Assembly: GCA_963780225.1 (NCBI GenBank)
Contig: CAWAAX010000004.1
Span: 64,001 to 128,000 of the forward strand
Direction of reading: 5' to 3'
Origin: an uncultured bacterium
GTDB lineage: Bacteria; Edwardsbacteria; AC1; EtOH8
DNA length: 64,000 nucleotides
Both the position numbers and the translations under genes were made by a program. Numbering within the stretch: position 1 is the first letter of the stretch; every line of letters begins with the position of its first letter. Below the pieces are notes generated by a model, which did no database searches, had not been told where the DNA came from, and saw only the letters and a list, made by a program, of their open reading frames with translations. Positions 9,616 through 19,365 of the stretch are shown here, piece by piece.

Positions 9616-12600
9616 ATGTCCCAAGTGTTGGAAAAAGACAGCCTCTACCGGTTTCCCCACCTGCTGTTGATCGAAGCCTCGGCCGGCTCGGGCAAGACCC
9701 ACGCCCTGGCCAGCCGCTTCGTGCAGTTCCTGCTGTCCTCCCGGATCGAGCGCAACCAGCTGCCCCACCTGCTGGCCATCACCTTCACCAACAACGCGGC
9801 CCGGGAGATGAAGCAGCGGATATTAAGCTGGCTGAAGGAGCTGGGCCTGGGCGGCGACGAAGAGCTTTTAAAACAGACCGCGGGTCTGCTGGAGACGGAG
9901 GCGGAGAAAATACCGGGCCTGGCCTTTGGGATGGTGGACCGGGTGATAGAGCACTTTTCCGATTTCCAAGTCCAGACCATCGACAGCTTCACCAACCGGC
10001 TGGCCCAAGCCTCGGCCCGGGAGCTGGGCTTCCGGCCGGATTTCCAGGTGACCACCAGCTACGGCGAGCTGTTGGACTATTCCCTGGACCTGCTGTTGAA
10101 GCAGGCCGGCCGGGACCGGGATCTGACCGCGGTGATGGGCCGGTTTCTGGAACTGCTCAACGACTCCGGCGGCAGCTTCGCCTGGGATCCCCAGCCCCTG
10201 ATGCGAGAAAATTTTGAAAAATTCCTGGCCATCGAGGCCAAGGAATCCGGGGAATTTACCTTCAGGGACCGGACCGCCGAAAGAGACCGCTGCCTGGAGA
10301 TCATCAGGGAGGTCTACCGGCAGATCTGTAGCACCGCCCAAGAGCAAGGCTTTGAGATGAAGGGCGACGCCTTTGCCTCCTACCTGGAGCAGGGGAATGT
10401 GGACAAGATACTAGCCCGGTCCACCTACCACAGCGGGCACACCCCGATGCTCAAGGGAAAGTGCCCCAAAGACCAACTGGAGGTCTATGAATCGACCAAG
10501 GGGCTGTGGGGGAAACTGGGGCCGGTGGTGGCCGGCCTGGCCTCGGCCCAGGCAGAAAGCCACTATGCCGCCTACGACCAGCCCTACCATCACTTCAAGC
10601 AGATCCTGGATCAGACCAAGCGGCGCCGGGGGGTGATCCATATCGACGACATCGCCCGGAAACTTTCCCGGCAGCTGGACAAGGAGATGATCCCCGGGAT
10701 CTACCTGGCCCTGGGGTCCAGGCTCTGTCATTACCTGATCGACGAGTTTCAGGACACCGACCTGGCCCAGTGGCGCAGCCTGCACCCGCTGCTGGCCGAG
10801 GCCCTGGCTTCGGGCGGTTCGGCCTTTTTGGTTGGCGATCTCAAGCAGGCCATCTACCTGTTCCGCAAGGCCGATTACAAGATAATGAAACAGCTTCAGG
10901 AGGATATTCAGGGGAAGGCCAAACCGCTGGTCTGGCTTCCGGCCAGCGTGGCCGATAGTTCGCAGGTGGGCGGCCTGGAGGAAAACTTCCGCTGCGGCCA
11001 GGTGATCCTGGAATACGTGGAGCAGGCCTTCCATCACAATCTGAACCAGCTGATCGGGGAGGGGGTTTTGGGGCCCGACCGCACCGGGCTTTTGACCTAT
11101 GTCCAGCGGCCGTCGGAGAAAACGGTAAACCGGGGCTATGTCCGCACCGTGCACATTCCCAAGGGGGCGGCAGGCTCCGGAACCGCGGAGAATGAAGACG
11201 ATCCCGGCAATGCCCAGGATACGGCTGCCGACGCTGATACTGTCATGGATACTGCCGCCATTGCCGGCGCTGGCACGGATGGTGATGCCGTTATTTCAGG
11301 CGAAACCGGTGCGCCAGGCCTGGCGGATCAGGAGCCGGAGAGGGTGGCGCTGATTTCGATAGTCCGGGAGGTGCTGTCCCGGGGTTACCGGCCCCAGGAC
11401 ATCGCGGTGCTGGCCCCCAAGAACAAGCATCTGGGACGGGCCATCGACTGGCTGACCCAGGCCGGCATCCCGGCCTCATCATCCGGCGGGCTGGACATCC
11501 GCCGGCGCCGGGCGGTGGCTGAGCTTTTGGACCTGCTGCGCTTTCTGGATTCGCCCATCGACAACCTGGCCTGGGGTTCGGTGGTCCGGGGCCGGCTTTT
11601 GGCCTCGGCCGTCCAAACGGCCGGGCTGGAATGGAGCCAGGCCCTGGCCGACGATATCCTGCTCTTGGCGGGGCAGAAGGCCGGGCCGCACGGATACCAC
11701 TACCAGGAATGCCGCCGGGACCCCAGGTTCGCCCCGGTCTGGGAAAAGTTCTTAAGCGACCTCTACCGGCTGGCCGGGTACTATCCCCTGTACGACCTGA
11801 TCTGCCTGGCCCTGAGCCGCCTGGGCGTATTCCAAAATTTCCCGGAGGAGGCGGCGGCCCTGCTGAAGCTTTTGGAGACCATTAATCAGGCGGAATCAAA
11901 GGGCCGGGGCAGCCTCAAGGATTTTATAGAAACCTGCCAGCGGCCGGAGCCGGAGCTTTTTTCCCTGGAGCTACCGGAGAATGTTCCGGCGGTGCAGCTG
12001 ATGAGCTTTCACAAGTCCAAGGGTTTGGGTTTTCCGGTGGTGATAAATCTCCTGTACGACGAGGCCGGGGACAACCGCCGGATCTATTACGGAAAAACCG
12101 GTGAGGAGATAACCCTCTACAAGATCACCAAAGACATCGCCGGCCGCACCAGTGGGTATTCCCCTGATCTGGCTGTTTTGCAGGACGAGTTTCTGGCTGA
12201 TGACCAGGTGCAGGAACTTAACTCCCTGTACGTGGTCTGCACCCGGGCCCGCTATGAACTTTACAACCTGGTGATCTACCAGCCATCCCAGCCCAAAAAG
12301 GCCGGGGCCCCAGGCAAACCGGGCTCCTCCAAAGGGTCATGGTACCCCAGGCTTTTCCCGTTGATAGATCGGGGACATAAGGAAACACTTTCCCCAAAAG
12401 AGGTTTTGGTCATACCCGACCAGCCCTCGATCGGGCGGGGGGCGGAGCCGGGCGCGGACTGGGAGCCGGAGCAATCCTGGGAGGGGGAGAGATATCTCAA
12501 GGCCCGGCTGGGCCAGTTTTACCATAAATTGCTGGAGGGCATGCAAGCCCTGCCGGATGATATGGATGCCAGGCTATTGGCTTTGGCCCGCCGCCACCAG

Positions 12601-12954
12601 GCGCTGGTCCCGGGCCGGGACATAAAGGCGCTGGCGGAGCAGGTCAAGGCTTTGCTCTCGCGCCGGGAGGTGGCCCCGTTCTTTGCCAAATTAGAGGGCC
12701 AGTCCGCGCTCTGCGAGGCCCAGCTGGTGGGCTCAGGCGGCGAGCTGCTGCGGGTGGACCGTCTGGTAAAGGGCGGAAATACGGTCACGGTGGTGGATTT
12801 TAAAACCGGCCAGGCCGATGATCCCAGGCAGGAGGCGCAGCACCAGGCCCAGGTGCGGGGATATCTGGAGGCCCTGTCAGGAATTTTCCCCGGCCAAAAA
12901 TTGGAGGGAAGGGTCGTCTATCTGGACGGCGATGTTAAGGAGGTGCGGCCATGA
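9616..12954 (+). CDS. addA: UvrD-type helicase/PD-(D/E)XK nuclease, AddA/RecB-like
   Basis: ASAGSGKT, AITFTNNAAREM, LIDEFQDT, VGDLKQAIYLFR, FHKSKGLGF, LYVVCTRA, VDRL...VDFKTG. Confidence 0.9.
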   Translation: MSQVLEKDSLYRFPHLLLIEASAGSGKTHALASRFVQFLLSSRIERNQLPHLLAITFTNNAAREMKQRILSWLKELGLGGDEELLKQTAGLLETEAEKIPGLAFGMVDRVIEHFSDFQVQTIDSFTNRLAQASARELGFRPDFQVTTSYGELLDYSLDLLLKQAGRDRDLTAVMGRFLELLNDSGGSFAWDPQPLMRENFEKFLAIEAKESGEFTFRDRTAERDRCLEIIREVYRQICSTAQEQGFEMKGDAFASYLEQGNVDKILARSTYHSGHTPMLKGKCPKDQLEVYESTKGLWGKLGPVVAGLASAQAESHYAAYDQPYHHFKQILDQTKRRRGVIHIDDIARKLSRQLDKEMIPGIYLALGSRLCHYLIDEFQDTDLAQWRSLHPLLAEALASGGSAFLVGDLKQAIYLFRKADYKIMKQLQEDIQGKAKPLVWLPASVADSSQVGGLEENFRCGQVILEYVEQAFHHNLNQLIGEGVLGPDRTGLLTYVQRPSEKTVNRGYVRTVHIPKGAAGSGTAENEDDPGNAQDTAADADTVMDTAAIAGAGTDGDAVISGETGAPGLADQEPERVALISIVREVLSRGYRPQDIAVLAPKNKHLGRAIDWLTQAGIPASSSGGLDIRRRRAVAELLDLLRFLDSPIDNLAWGSVVRGRLLASAVQTAGLEWSQALADDILLLAGQKAGPHGYHYQECRRDPRFAPVWEKFLSDLYRLAGYYPLYDLICLALSRLGVFQNFPEEAAALLKLLETINQAESKGRGSLKDFIETCQRPEPELFSLELPENVPAVQLMSFHKSKGLGFPVVINLLYDEAGDNRRIYYGKTGEEITLYKITKDIAGRTSGYSPDLAVLQDEFLADDQVQELNSLYVVCTRARYELYNLVIYQPSQPKKAGAPGKPGSSKGSWYPRLFPLIDRGHKETLSPKEVLVIPDQPSIGRGAEPGADWEPEQSWEGERYLKARLGQFYHKLLEGMQALPDDMDARLLALARRHQALVPGRDIKALAEQVKALLSRREVAPFFAKLEGQSALCEAQLVGSGGELLRVDRLVKGGNTVTVVDFKTGQADDPRQEAQHQAQVRGYLEALSGIFPGQKLEGRVVYLDGDVKEVRP

Positions 12955-15773
12955 GCAGATCTTATTTGCTGCCTCAGGGGGCCGACCTGGCAGCCCATGT
13001 CTGCCGGATCATCCCCGAAGATCAGGCGGACCTCTCCAAAACCATGGTGGTCTTTCCCGGCCGCCGGCCCTCCCATTTTCTGCTGCGGGCGCTTTTCAAA
13101 CAGGAACGCATAAAACCCTTCCTAGCCCCCCGCCTCTTCTCCATCGACGATTGGGTGGACTGGGCGGCCCTGGAACTGGGGCAGTCTTCCGGCCCGCTTT
13201 TGGCCGCCGACGGGGTGGCGCTGCTGTTCCAGCTGCACCAGGACCAGAGACTGCCTGGGGAGCAGGGCGGTCCGCTGACCTTTGAGGAATTCATGGCCTG
13301 GGGCTTCAAACTACAGGCCGATTTTGAGGAGCTGCGGATTGAGGGGATCACCCCGGCAAAGCTCAAGGGGGTCCAGGCCCTGGCCGGGGAGTCCTGGCCG
13401 GCCCGCTTTCAGGAGATGCTGCCGCACCTGGCGGAATGGTATGAAGGATTTTACCGGGAGCTGGAATCGCAAAATCTTACCACCCGGGCCGGCAGCTACT
13501 TTTATGCCGCCTCAAACATAAAAAAGCTGGATCTTTCGTCCTTTGAAACTGTGATCCTGGCAGGCTTCCACGCCCTGACCGGATCCGAGCTGAAGATTTT
13601 CAAAGAACTGGCCGAGCGGGACAACGTGTCCTTGGTGCTGCGGGACGGACCGGGCATCGAACGGATAGTTTCGCAGCTTAAGATCTCCCCGGAAAAGACC
13701 GGACAAAAGCAGGCTCCCCCAAAGGTCAACTTTTACCGGGCCACCGACAGCCACGGCCAGGTGATGGGCCTTAAACCCCTGCTGGATGGCGCCGGGGAAA
13801 AACTGGACGGCACGGTGCTGGTGTTGCCCCGGCCTGATACCGTCTTTCCCCTGATCCACCACACCCTGTCAGGGCTTACTTCTCCCTGGAACATCTCCCT
13901 GGGCTATCCGCTGGAGCGCACCCCGCTCTACGGCCTGATGCAGATTTTGGCCCGGGTCCAGGAGAGCCGGGACCAGAACGGTTATTTTCTGCCGGACTAT
14001 CTGCGGCTGATGCTGCACCCCTATGTCAAGAATTTGGCTTTGGGAAAGGCCAGCTTTCCCGCCCGGATACTGCTGCATGCCCTGGAGCAGGTCTTGAACG
14101 AAAGGGGCCGGAGGCTGGTAACCCTGGATGAAATTGAAAACAATCCCGAGATCAGAACCAAGCTGGAGAAAAAACTATTGGGGCTGGAGGACCGGGGCTG
14201 GAATCTGGAGGAGTTTTACGCCCATCTGGTTTTCCTGCACCGGCTGCTGCTTTTGCCGCTGGAGCAGCCGGGTATAGTCTCAGCCTTCGCCGCAAATCTC
14301 CTGGGCATAGTTTCCCAAGTGGCCGAAAACAGTCCGGCCGGTAGGCACCCTTATGCCGCCAAATATTTCATGTCCATGACAGGATGCCTGGAGCAGCTTC
14401 AGAACTCGCTTCTGGCCGGACAGTCATTTTCCGAGACCAAGATATATTTCGGCCTGCTGGATGGTTTTGTACGGCAGTCCCGGGTTCCGTTCCCCGGCAC
14501 CCCCCTAAACGGTCTGCAGGTGCTGGGCTTTCTGGAGACCAGGGACCTGGCCTTTGACCGGGTGATGGTCCTGGACGCCAACGACGGCATCCTGCCGGAG
14601 GGGAAGAAGCCTGATGCCATCCTGCCCCAGGCCCTGCGGGCCCAGCTGGGGCTTCCCGGATCCTTGCAAAGGGAGCTGATCGCCCGCTATCATTTCGAGA
14701 ACCTGATTTACGGGGCCCGTGAAGTCAGCCTGTTCTACAGCCACGGCGGCGGGGCCCAGCGCAGCCGGTTTCTGGAGCAGCTGGTCTGGGAAAAGCAGCA
14801 GGCCGAAAAAAGCATCTCGGCCGGCGGGGACAGGCTTTTGAAGTACGCCGAGTCCTTCACCCAGCAGGATCCGCCCAGGGTTTCAAAGACCCCGGCCATG
14901 ATGGAGGCGGTATCCCGGCTGTCGTTTTCGGCCTCGATGCTGGACAGCTACCTGGGCTGCGGCCTGAAGTTTTACCAGCACTACCTGCTGATGCTGCGGG
15001 AGCCGGACCAGGTGGGCGGGGACATCGAGGCCCGCCAGACCGGCACCACCGTCCACCGGATCCTGAAATTATTCTTCGAGGATTTCAATGGCCGGCCCTT
15101 CGTTCCCCAGCCAAAGGATTTTGCCCGGATGAACGCCCTGGTGGATCAGGTCATCGAAGAACTGCAGGGCCAGTCCCTGGACGGGGGCATGTACCTAGTG
15201 GCCTCCCAGATCAGGACCAGGATGGCCCAGCTGCTGCAGTATCACAGCCACCTGAAACCGGCCCCGGAGGTTTTGGGCTGCGAAAAAAGGCTGAAAGGGG
15301 CGGTGGATGCCCTGCCCGGGCTGAAGGCGGTGCCGGTCAACGGCTCCCTGGACCGGATAGACAGGAGGGGTGGGCGGGTGGTGATCGTGGATTACAAGAC
15401 CGGAGGCTCGGCCAAGGTCCCCTCCTTCAAAAAGTTCGACCTGGAACGGCGCCAGGACTGGGCCAAGAGCTTAAGCTCGGTGCAGCTTCCGTTCTACATC
15501 ATGCTGTACTGCGCCTTCAATCCCGAAGTTGATCCCAATACGGTGGACAGCGAACTGATGATGCTGGGGGGGAAGTCCATCCAGTCCCGGCCCCTGTTCA
15601 AGGATCAGGAAACCCGGGACAGGAATTACCGGGACTGTCTGGAGGCCATCGCCCGGCTGGTGGGCGAGATCCGGGATCCCGCCCTGCCCTTTGAGGGGAC
15701 CGATGACACCCAGAACCAGTGCCGGTACTGCGATTTCAGGGTGATGTGCGGAAGGCAATGGGTGACTGCCTAA
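12951..15773 (+). CDS. addB: AddB-like PD-(D/E)XK nuclease with Fe-S staple cysteines
   Basis: ATGA overlap with addA; FSASMLDSYLGC, LDRID...VDYKTG, C-terminal CRYCDFRVMC. Confidence 0.85.
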   Translation: MSRSYLLPQGADLAAHVCRIIPEDQADLSKTMVVFPGRRPSHFLLRALFKQERIKPFLAPRLFSIDDWVDWAALELGQSSGPLLAADGVALLFQLHQDQRLPGEQGGPLTFEEFMAWGFKLQADFEELRIEGITPAKLKGVQALAGESWPARFQEMLPHLAEWYEGFYRELESQNLTTRAGSYFYAASNIKKLDLSSFETVILAGFHALTGSELKIFKELAERDNVSLVLRDGPGIERIVSQLKISPEKTGQKQAPPKVNFYRATDSHGQVMGLKPLLDGAGEKLDGTVLVLPRPDTVFPLIHHTLSGLTSPWNISLGYPLERTPLYGLMQILARVQESRDQNGYFLPDYLRLMLHPYVKNLALGKASFPARILLHALEQVLNERGRRLVTLDEIENNPEIRTKLEKKLLGLEDRGWNLEEFYAHLVFLHRLLLLPLEQPGIVSAFAANLLGIVSQVAENSPAGRHPYAAKYFMSMTGCLEQLQNSLLAGQSFSETKIYFGLLDGFVRQSRVPFPGTPLNGLQVLGFLETRDLAFDRVMVLDANDGILPEGKKPDAILPQALRAQLGLPGSLQRELIARYHFENLIYGAREVSLFYSHGGGAQRSRFLEQLVWEKQQAEKSISAGGDRLLKYAESFTQQDPPRVSKTPAMMEAVSRLSFSASMLDSYLGCGLKFYQHYLLMLREPDQVGGDIEARQTGTTVHRILKLFFEDFNGRPFVPQPKDFARMNALVDQVIEELQGQSLDGGMYLVASQIRTRMAQLLQYHSHLKPAPEVLGCEKRLKGAVDALPGLKAVPVNGSLDRIDRRGGRVVIVDYKTGGSAKVPSFKKFDLERRQDWAKSLSSVQLPFYIMLYCAFNPEVDPNTVDSELMMLGGKSIQSRPLFKDQETRDRNYRDCLEAIARLVGEIRDPALPFEGTDDTQNQCRYCDFRVMCGRQWVTA

Positions 15774-15776
15774 TAT

Positions 15777-15809
15777 TAAAAACGGGACGCTAAAAGCGTC
15801 CCGTTTTTA
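15777..15809. terminator. Bidirectional intrinsic terminator
   Basis: TAAAAACGGGACGC-TAAAA-GCGTCCCGTTTTTA between convergent genes. Confidence 0.9.
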
Positions 15810-15832
15810 TTTGTATCTAAGGTCAAAGCCGT

Positions 15833-16669
15833 TCACTCCAGGCTGAACACCACAGGGTAGCTCAACCAGACCGCCACCGGCTGGTCGCCCTGCAGGGCCG
15901 GCGAGAAGGTGGAGGCTCTTAATGCCTCCATGGCCGCCTCGTCCAGAGCCTCGTTGCCCGAGCTTTTAAGCACCCTGACTTTGGCCACCCTGCCGCTCTT
16001 GTCCACCAGCACATGAAGGGTGACTTTGCCCTCGGCCCCCATGGTCCGGCAGATGGAGGGGTAGACCGGCCGGAGTACGTTCAAGGGAGCGGGCGATATG
16101 CTGTAGGCTACATAATCTCCGGGCTTGGGCAGGTCCGAGTTGTTGTCGATCACCGCGTTCCGGATCAGGCTGTCGTTGGCCGGGCTGTTCCGGTTGGAAA
16201 AGGAGTTCACTATGTCATTGTTGGTCCGGTCGTCGAATTCGGTGGTGTCGGAAACATTGTCGTCCACCAAAACTATCCGGCTGCCCAGGGCCGGGCGCTT
16301 GACCAGCCCCAGATCCTGTGGTTCCGAATTCTTATTGGGGTCAACCGAATTGGGCTGGGGGATCATCCGGATCAGGGAGTCCATGGGCATCGGGATGATT
16401 ACCCGGTTACCGCCGTCCGGTTCCGTCTGCTCCGGTTGCAGCAGGTTCCTGATAACCGGATAACCACCGGCCGCCCCCATGGCCAGAACCATCATAAGCG
16501 CGGTGCTGAAAAGGGCCGATTTCAGGTCAAAGGTTTCGATGGCCCGGTAGGTGGCCCTGGTGTAGCCGGGAACGGGGGCCAGTTTAAGCTTCAGGTAAAG
16601 GGCCAGGTAGCTTGCGGCGAACCCCAGCAGGGCTCCAGCCAGCGGTAACAGCCAGAATATGTTCTTCAT
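15833..16669 (-). CDS. tonB: Energy transducer TonB family protein
   Basis: N-terminal hydrophobic segments; C-terminal PVYP...EGKVTLHVLVDKSGRV...SSG...LDEAA...F.PA...PVVFSL. Confidence 0.85.
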   Translation of the reverse strand: MKNIFWLLPLAGALLGFAASYLALYLKLKLAPVPGYTRATYRAIETFDLKSALFSTALMMVLAMGAAGGYPVIRNLLQPEQTEPDGGNRVIIPMPMDSLIRMIPQPNSVDPNKNSEPQDLGLVKRPALGSRIVLVDDNVSDTTEFDDRTNNDIVNSFSNRNSPANDSLIRNAVIDNNSDLPKPGDYVAYSISPAPLNVLRPVYPSICRTMGAEGKVTLHVLVDKSGRVAKVRVLKSSGNEALDEAAMEALRASTFSPALQGDQPVAVWLSYPVVFSLE

Positions 16670-16730
16670 GGTGCTTGCTCCTTTTTTAGTTCTGTAGAAT
16701 ATACGGGAGAAAGCGGGTTTTTATTCCCCA

Positions 16731-16769
16731 TAAAAAATAAAAAAAGACGCCGGCAAACTTACCGGCGTC
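16731..16769 (-). terminator. Intrinsic terminator after lnt
   Basis: Minus strand reads GACGCCGG-loop-CCGGCGTC-TTTTTTT. Confidence 0.8.
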
Positions 16770-16792
16770 CTGGTGTCTTGTGTCTGGAACTA

Positions 16793-18352
16793 TTATGACC
16801 GTTTTCTGACCAAGGGGACCAAAACCCCAATGGCGATCAGCAGGATCAGGCCATACTGGAACACGTCCCCATAACGGCTGTAAAAGGTACTGTTGTTAAA
16901 TAACGGAAGGGACTCCACCGTTACCGTCTGCTGATACAGTGGGGTGGGCTGCAGAACCTTGCCCGTAGGCAGGATGAACATGGAGATGCCGGAATTGGCG
17001 CAGCGGGCCACGGCCCGGCGGTTCTCCACCGCCCGCAGCACGGCCATCTGGGCGTGCTGCATGGCGGCCCCGGAGCGTCCGAACCATCCGTCGTTGGTAA
17101 TATTGACCAGAAGTTTTGAGCCTTTGTTCACCTGATGCCGGGATATTTCCGGGAAGATGGACTCGAAGCAGATCAGGCAGGATAGGACGGACTCAGGCGT
17201 TTCAAATACAATGGTATCAGAGCCCGCGGTCCACTCCCCCTCGCCGAAATTGACGTTCTTCAGGAACGGTATCCTGTCCTTTAAGGGGAAACTTTCGCCG
17301 AAGGGCACCAGCCGGCTCTTGGCGTAACTTCCCAGAAGGCCACGTCCGGGAGCAAAGAGGAAGGCGGCGTTGAAATACAGTTCCTTTTGGTTTTCATCCG
17401 CGGCCATGTCCGGGACCCCGGTCAGGATCAGGGAGTTCGTCTGGTCTGCCAGCTGCCGCATCTGGTTGCCGTACTCGGCCTGAAACCTCAGGTAGAACGG
17501 CAGGGCCGTCTCCGGCCAGACCACCAGGCCAACATTTTGGGCGGAGGCTTCCACTGTCAGCCTTTTATATTCCTCAAAGTTGAAACGCTGGAATTCCTTG
17601 TCCCAGCGCATGCCCTGCTGGATGTTGCCCTGGATCAATGCGGTATTCATCCGGGGCGAGCTTAAAGACATTTTCTCCACCGAACGGACGGCCAGGCTGC
17701 CCAGCCAGGGGGGAAGCAGAAGCAGTAAAACCAAACCCAGGGCCATTGCAATTGTTTTGGGCTTTCTGAAAGTTTCTGACAAACCGGCCCGCTGGCTCCA
17801 AATAATTGATCCCAGACCAAACAGCAGGCCGTTCATGAGCACCGCCCAGAAGGTCAGACCGTAAACCCCGGTCAGCGCGGCCATCTGGATCCCGTTGGTC
17901 CAGGGGACAAGCGCATAACCCAGGCTGCCCCAGGGAAATCCCAAAAGCCCCTGGCTGCGCAGAAGATCAAGCGTTGGAATGCATATTGCCAGCCAGGCCC
18001 AGAAAGGGATCCTGGTCCTGACGGCCAGCCATTTGGCAAGGGCAAAGCTCAGGGCAAAAAATAGAGAGAGATAGAAGCCGATCAGCACCACCCCCAGATA
18101 GAGCAGGGGTTTTACCCAGCCCTCCACCGCGGGGTTGAAGACTATCCAGTGCAGCAGGCCGATGTAAAAGAGCGTTCCCGAAAGCCAGGAGAGCAGGAAG
18201 GTCTTTCTGGCCGAAAGTTCTTTAACCGCGGACATCAGGGGGATCAGGCAGACGAAGGCCAGGGGCCAAAGCGTCAAAATGGGGAAGGCCGAAAATAAAA
18301 GCAGGCTGGTGAGACCTGCTAACATGAATTGCATGGATCGTTTTTGGATCAT
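16793..18352 (-). CDS. lnt: Apolipoprotein N-acyltransferase
   Basis: GFPW, IQGNI, WPETA, KSRLVPFGE, LICFE, NITNDGWFG, RAVEN. Confidence 0.96.
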   Translation of the reverse strand: MIQKRSMQFMLAGLTSLLLFSAFPILTLWPLAFVCLIPLMSAVKELSARKTFLLSWLSGTLFYIGLLHWIVFNPAVEGWVKPLLYLGVVLIGFYLSLFFALSFALAKWLAVRTRIPFWAWLAICIPTLDLLRSQGLLGFPWGSLGYALVPWTNGIQMAALTGVYGLTFWAVLMNGLLFGLGSIIWSQRAGLSETFRKPKTIAMALGLVLLLLLPPWLGSLAVRSVEKMSLSSPRMNTALIQGNIQQGMRWDKEFQRFNFEEYKRLTVEASAQNVGLVVWPETALPFYLRFQAEYGNQMRQLADQTNSLILTGVPDMAADENQKELYFNAAFLFAPGRGLLGSYAKSRLVPFGESFPLKDRIPFLKNVNFGEGEWTAGSDTIVFETPESVLSCLICFESIFPEISRHQVNKGSKLLVNITNDGWFGRSGAAMQHAQMAVLRAVENRRAVARCANSGISMFILPTGKVLQPTPLYQQTVTVESLPLFNNSTFYSRYGDVFQYGLILLIAIGVLVPLVRKRS

Positions 18353-18978
18353 GGTTTGATCAGGACCTTTCTGTCCTTTATCTCCAGCCGGTTCTGGGCA
18401 AAGAGTTCGATGGCCTGGGAATAGGCGATGTGCTTCTTCTGCAGAACCCGTTCGGCCAGGTCGTCCGGGTTGTCGTCAGCCAGTACCGGCACGGTGCGCT
18501 GGAGGATGATGGGGCCGTGGTCCACTTCCCTGTCCACGAAGTGGACGGTGCAGCCGGATACCGTCCTGCCCGCAGCCAGCACCGCCTCGTGGACCTTGTG
18601 GCCGTAAAACCCCTTGCCGCCGAAGTCGGGCAGCAGGGCGGGGTGGATGTTGATGACCCGGCCGGGGTAATGTTCCACGAAGAAGGGGCTGAAGATCCGC
18701 ATGAACCCGCAGAGGCAGACCAGGGTCGCCCCCTGGCGGTCGATGATGGCGGCCAGCTCCCGGTCGAACAGCTCGCGGGAGGCAAAATCCCTGTGGTCGA
18801 CCACGAAAGCCGGCAGGCCGTGTTTTTTGGCCCTGTCCAATGCCCCGGCCCCGGGAACATTGGATATCACGGCGGCAATTTCCGCCTTCAGTTTTCCGGC
18901 CTCGATGTTGTCGATTATGGCCTGAAGGTTGGTGCCCCCGCCCGAGACCAGGCAGGCTATCTTTAATTTCTGTTCCAT
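18349..18978 (-). CDS. purN: Phosphoribosylglycinamide formyltransferase
   Basis: SGGGTNLQAI, INIHPALLP, GCTVHFV, VDHGPII. Confidence 0.96.
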   Translation of the reverse strand: MEQKLKIACLVSGGGTNLQAIIDNIEAGKLKAEIAAVISNVPGAGALDRAKKHGLPAFVVDHRDFASRELFDRELAAIIDRQGATLVCLCGFMRIFSPFFVEHYPGRVINIHPALLPDFGGKGFYGHKVHEAVLAAGRTVSGCTVHFVDREVDHGPIILQRTVPVLADDNPDDLAERVLQKKHIAYSQAIELFAQNRLEIKDRKVLIKP

Positions 18979-19023
18979 GGTTCAATTTTATACAAAGCAG
19001 GGGGATAAGTCAAACTAAATATT

Positions 19024-19348
19024 GAAGCCCGGCTTAAATTTATGTATAGGAATTTCAATTAGCCACGACCTTTAGGTCGTGGATTAATTAAAATAGTTCG
19101 GCAAACTCACCACAAGTGAAGAAAATAAGCCGGCTTTAGACGAAAGCACCATCGCTCCAGCCCCACTCTGCGGGGCAAGCTGGGGTGTCGCTGTAACAGC
19201 AAAAGAAGCAATACGTCACACGCTTAAGTAATGATTGAAATCAAACAAGTTTGGCTAAAGCCAATAAATTTCATTACAAAGCCACGACCTAAAGGTCGTG
19301 GCAATAAAGTGTTGCTGCCGAAGGAGGCCTAATTTAAGGCCGGGCTTC
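19024..19348. repeat. Nested inverted-repeat (REP/MITE-like) element
   Basis: Outer IR GAAGCCCGGC(C)TTAAATT; exact inverted 21-mers GCCACGACCTTTAGGTCGTGG at 19062 and 19282; inner GGCTTTAG/CTAAAGCC. Confidence 0.85.
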
Positions 19349-19365
19349 AGATGCCAAGTGAAAGA

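Noticed and set aside
9066..15773. Prophage or island integrated at tRNA-Ser carrying a defence helicase-nuclease
   Set aside because: The att-like repeat closes after 95 bp, and addAB have host-like codon usage and ordinary repair-enzyme motifs.
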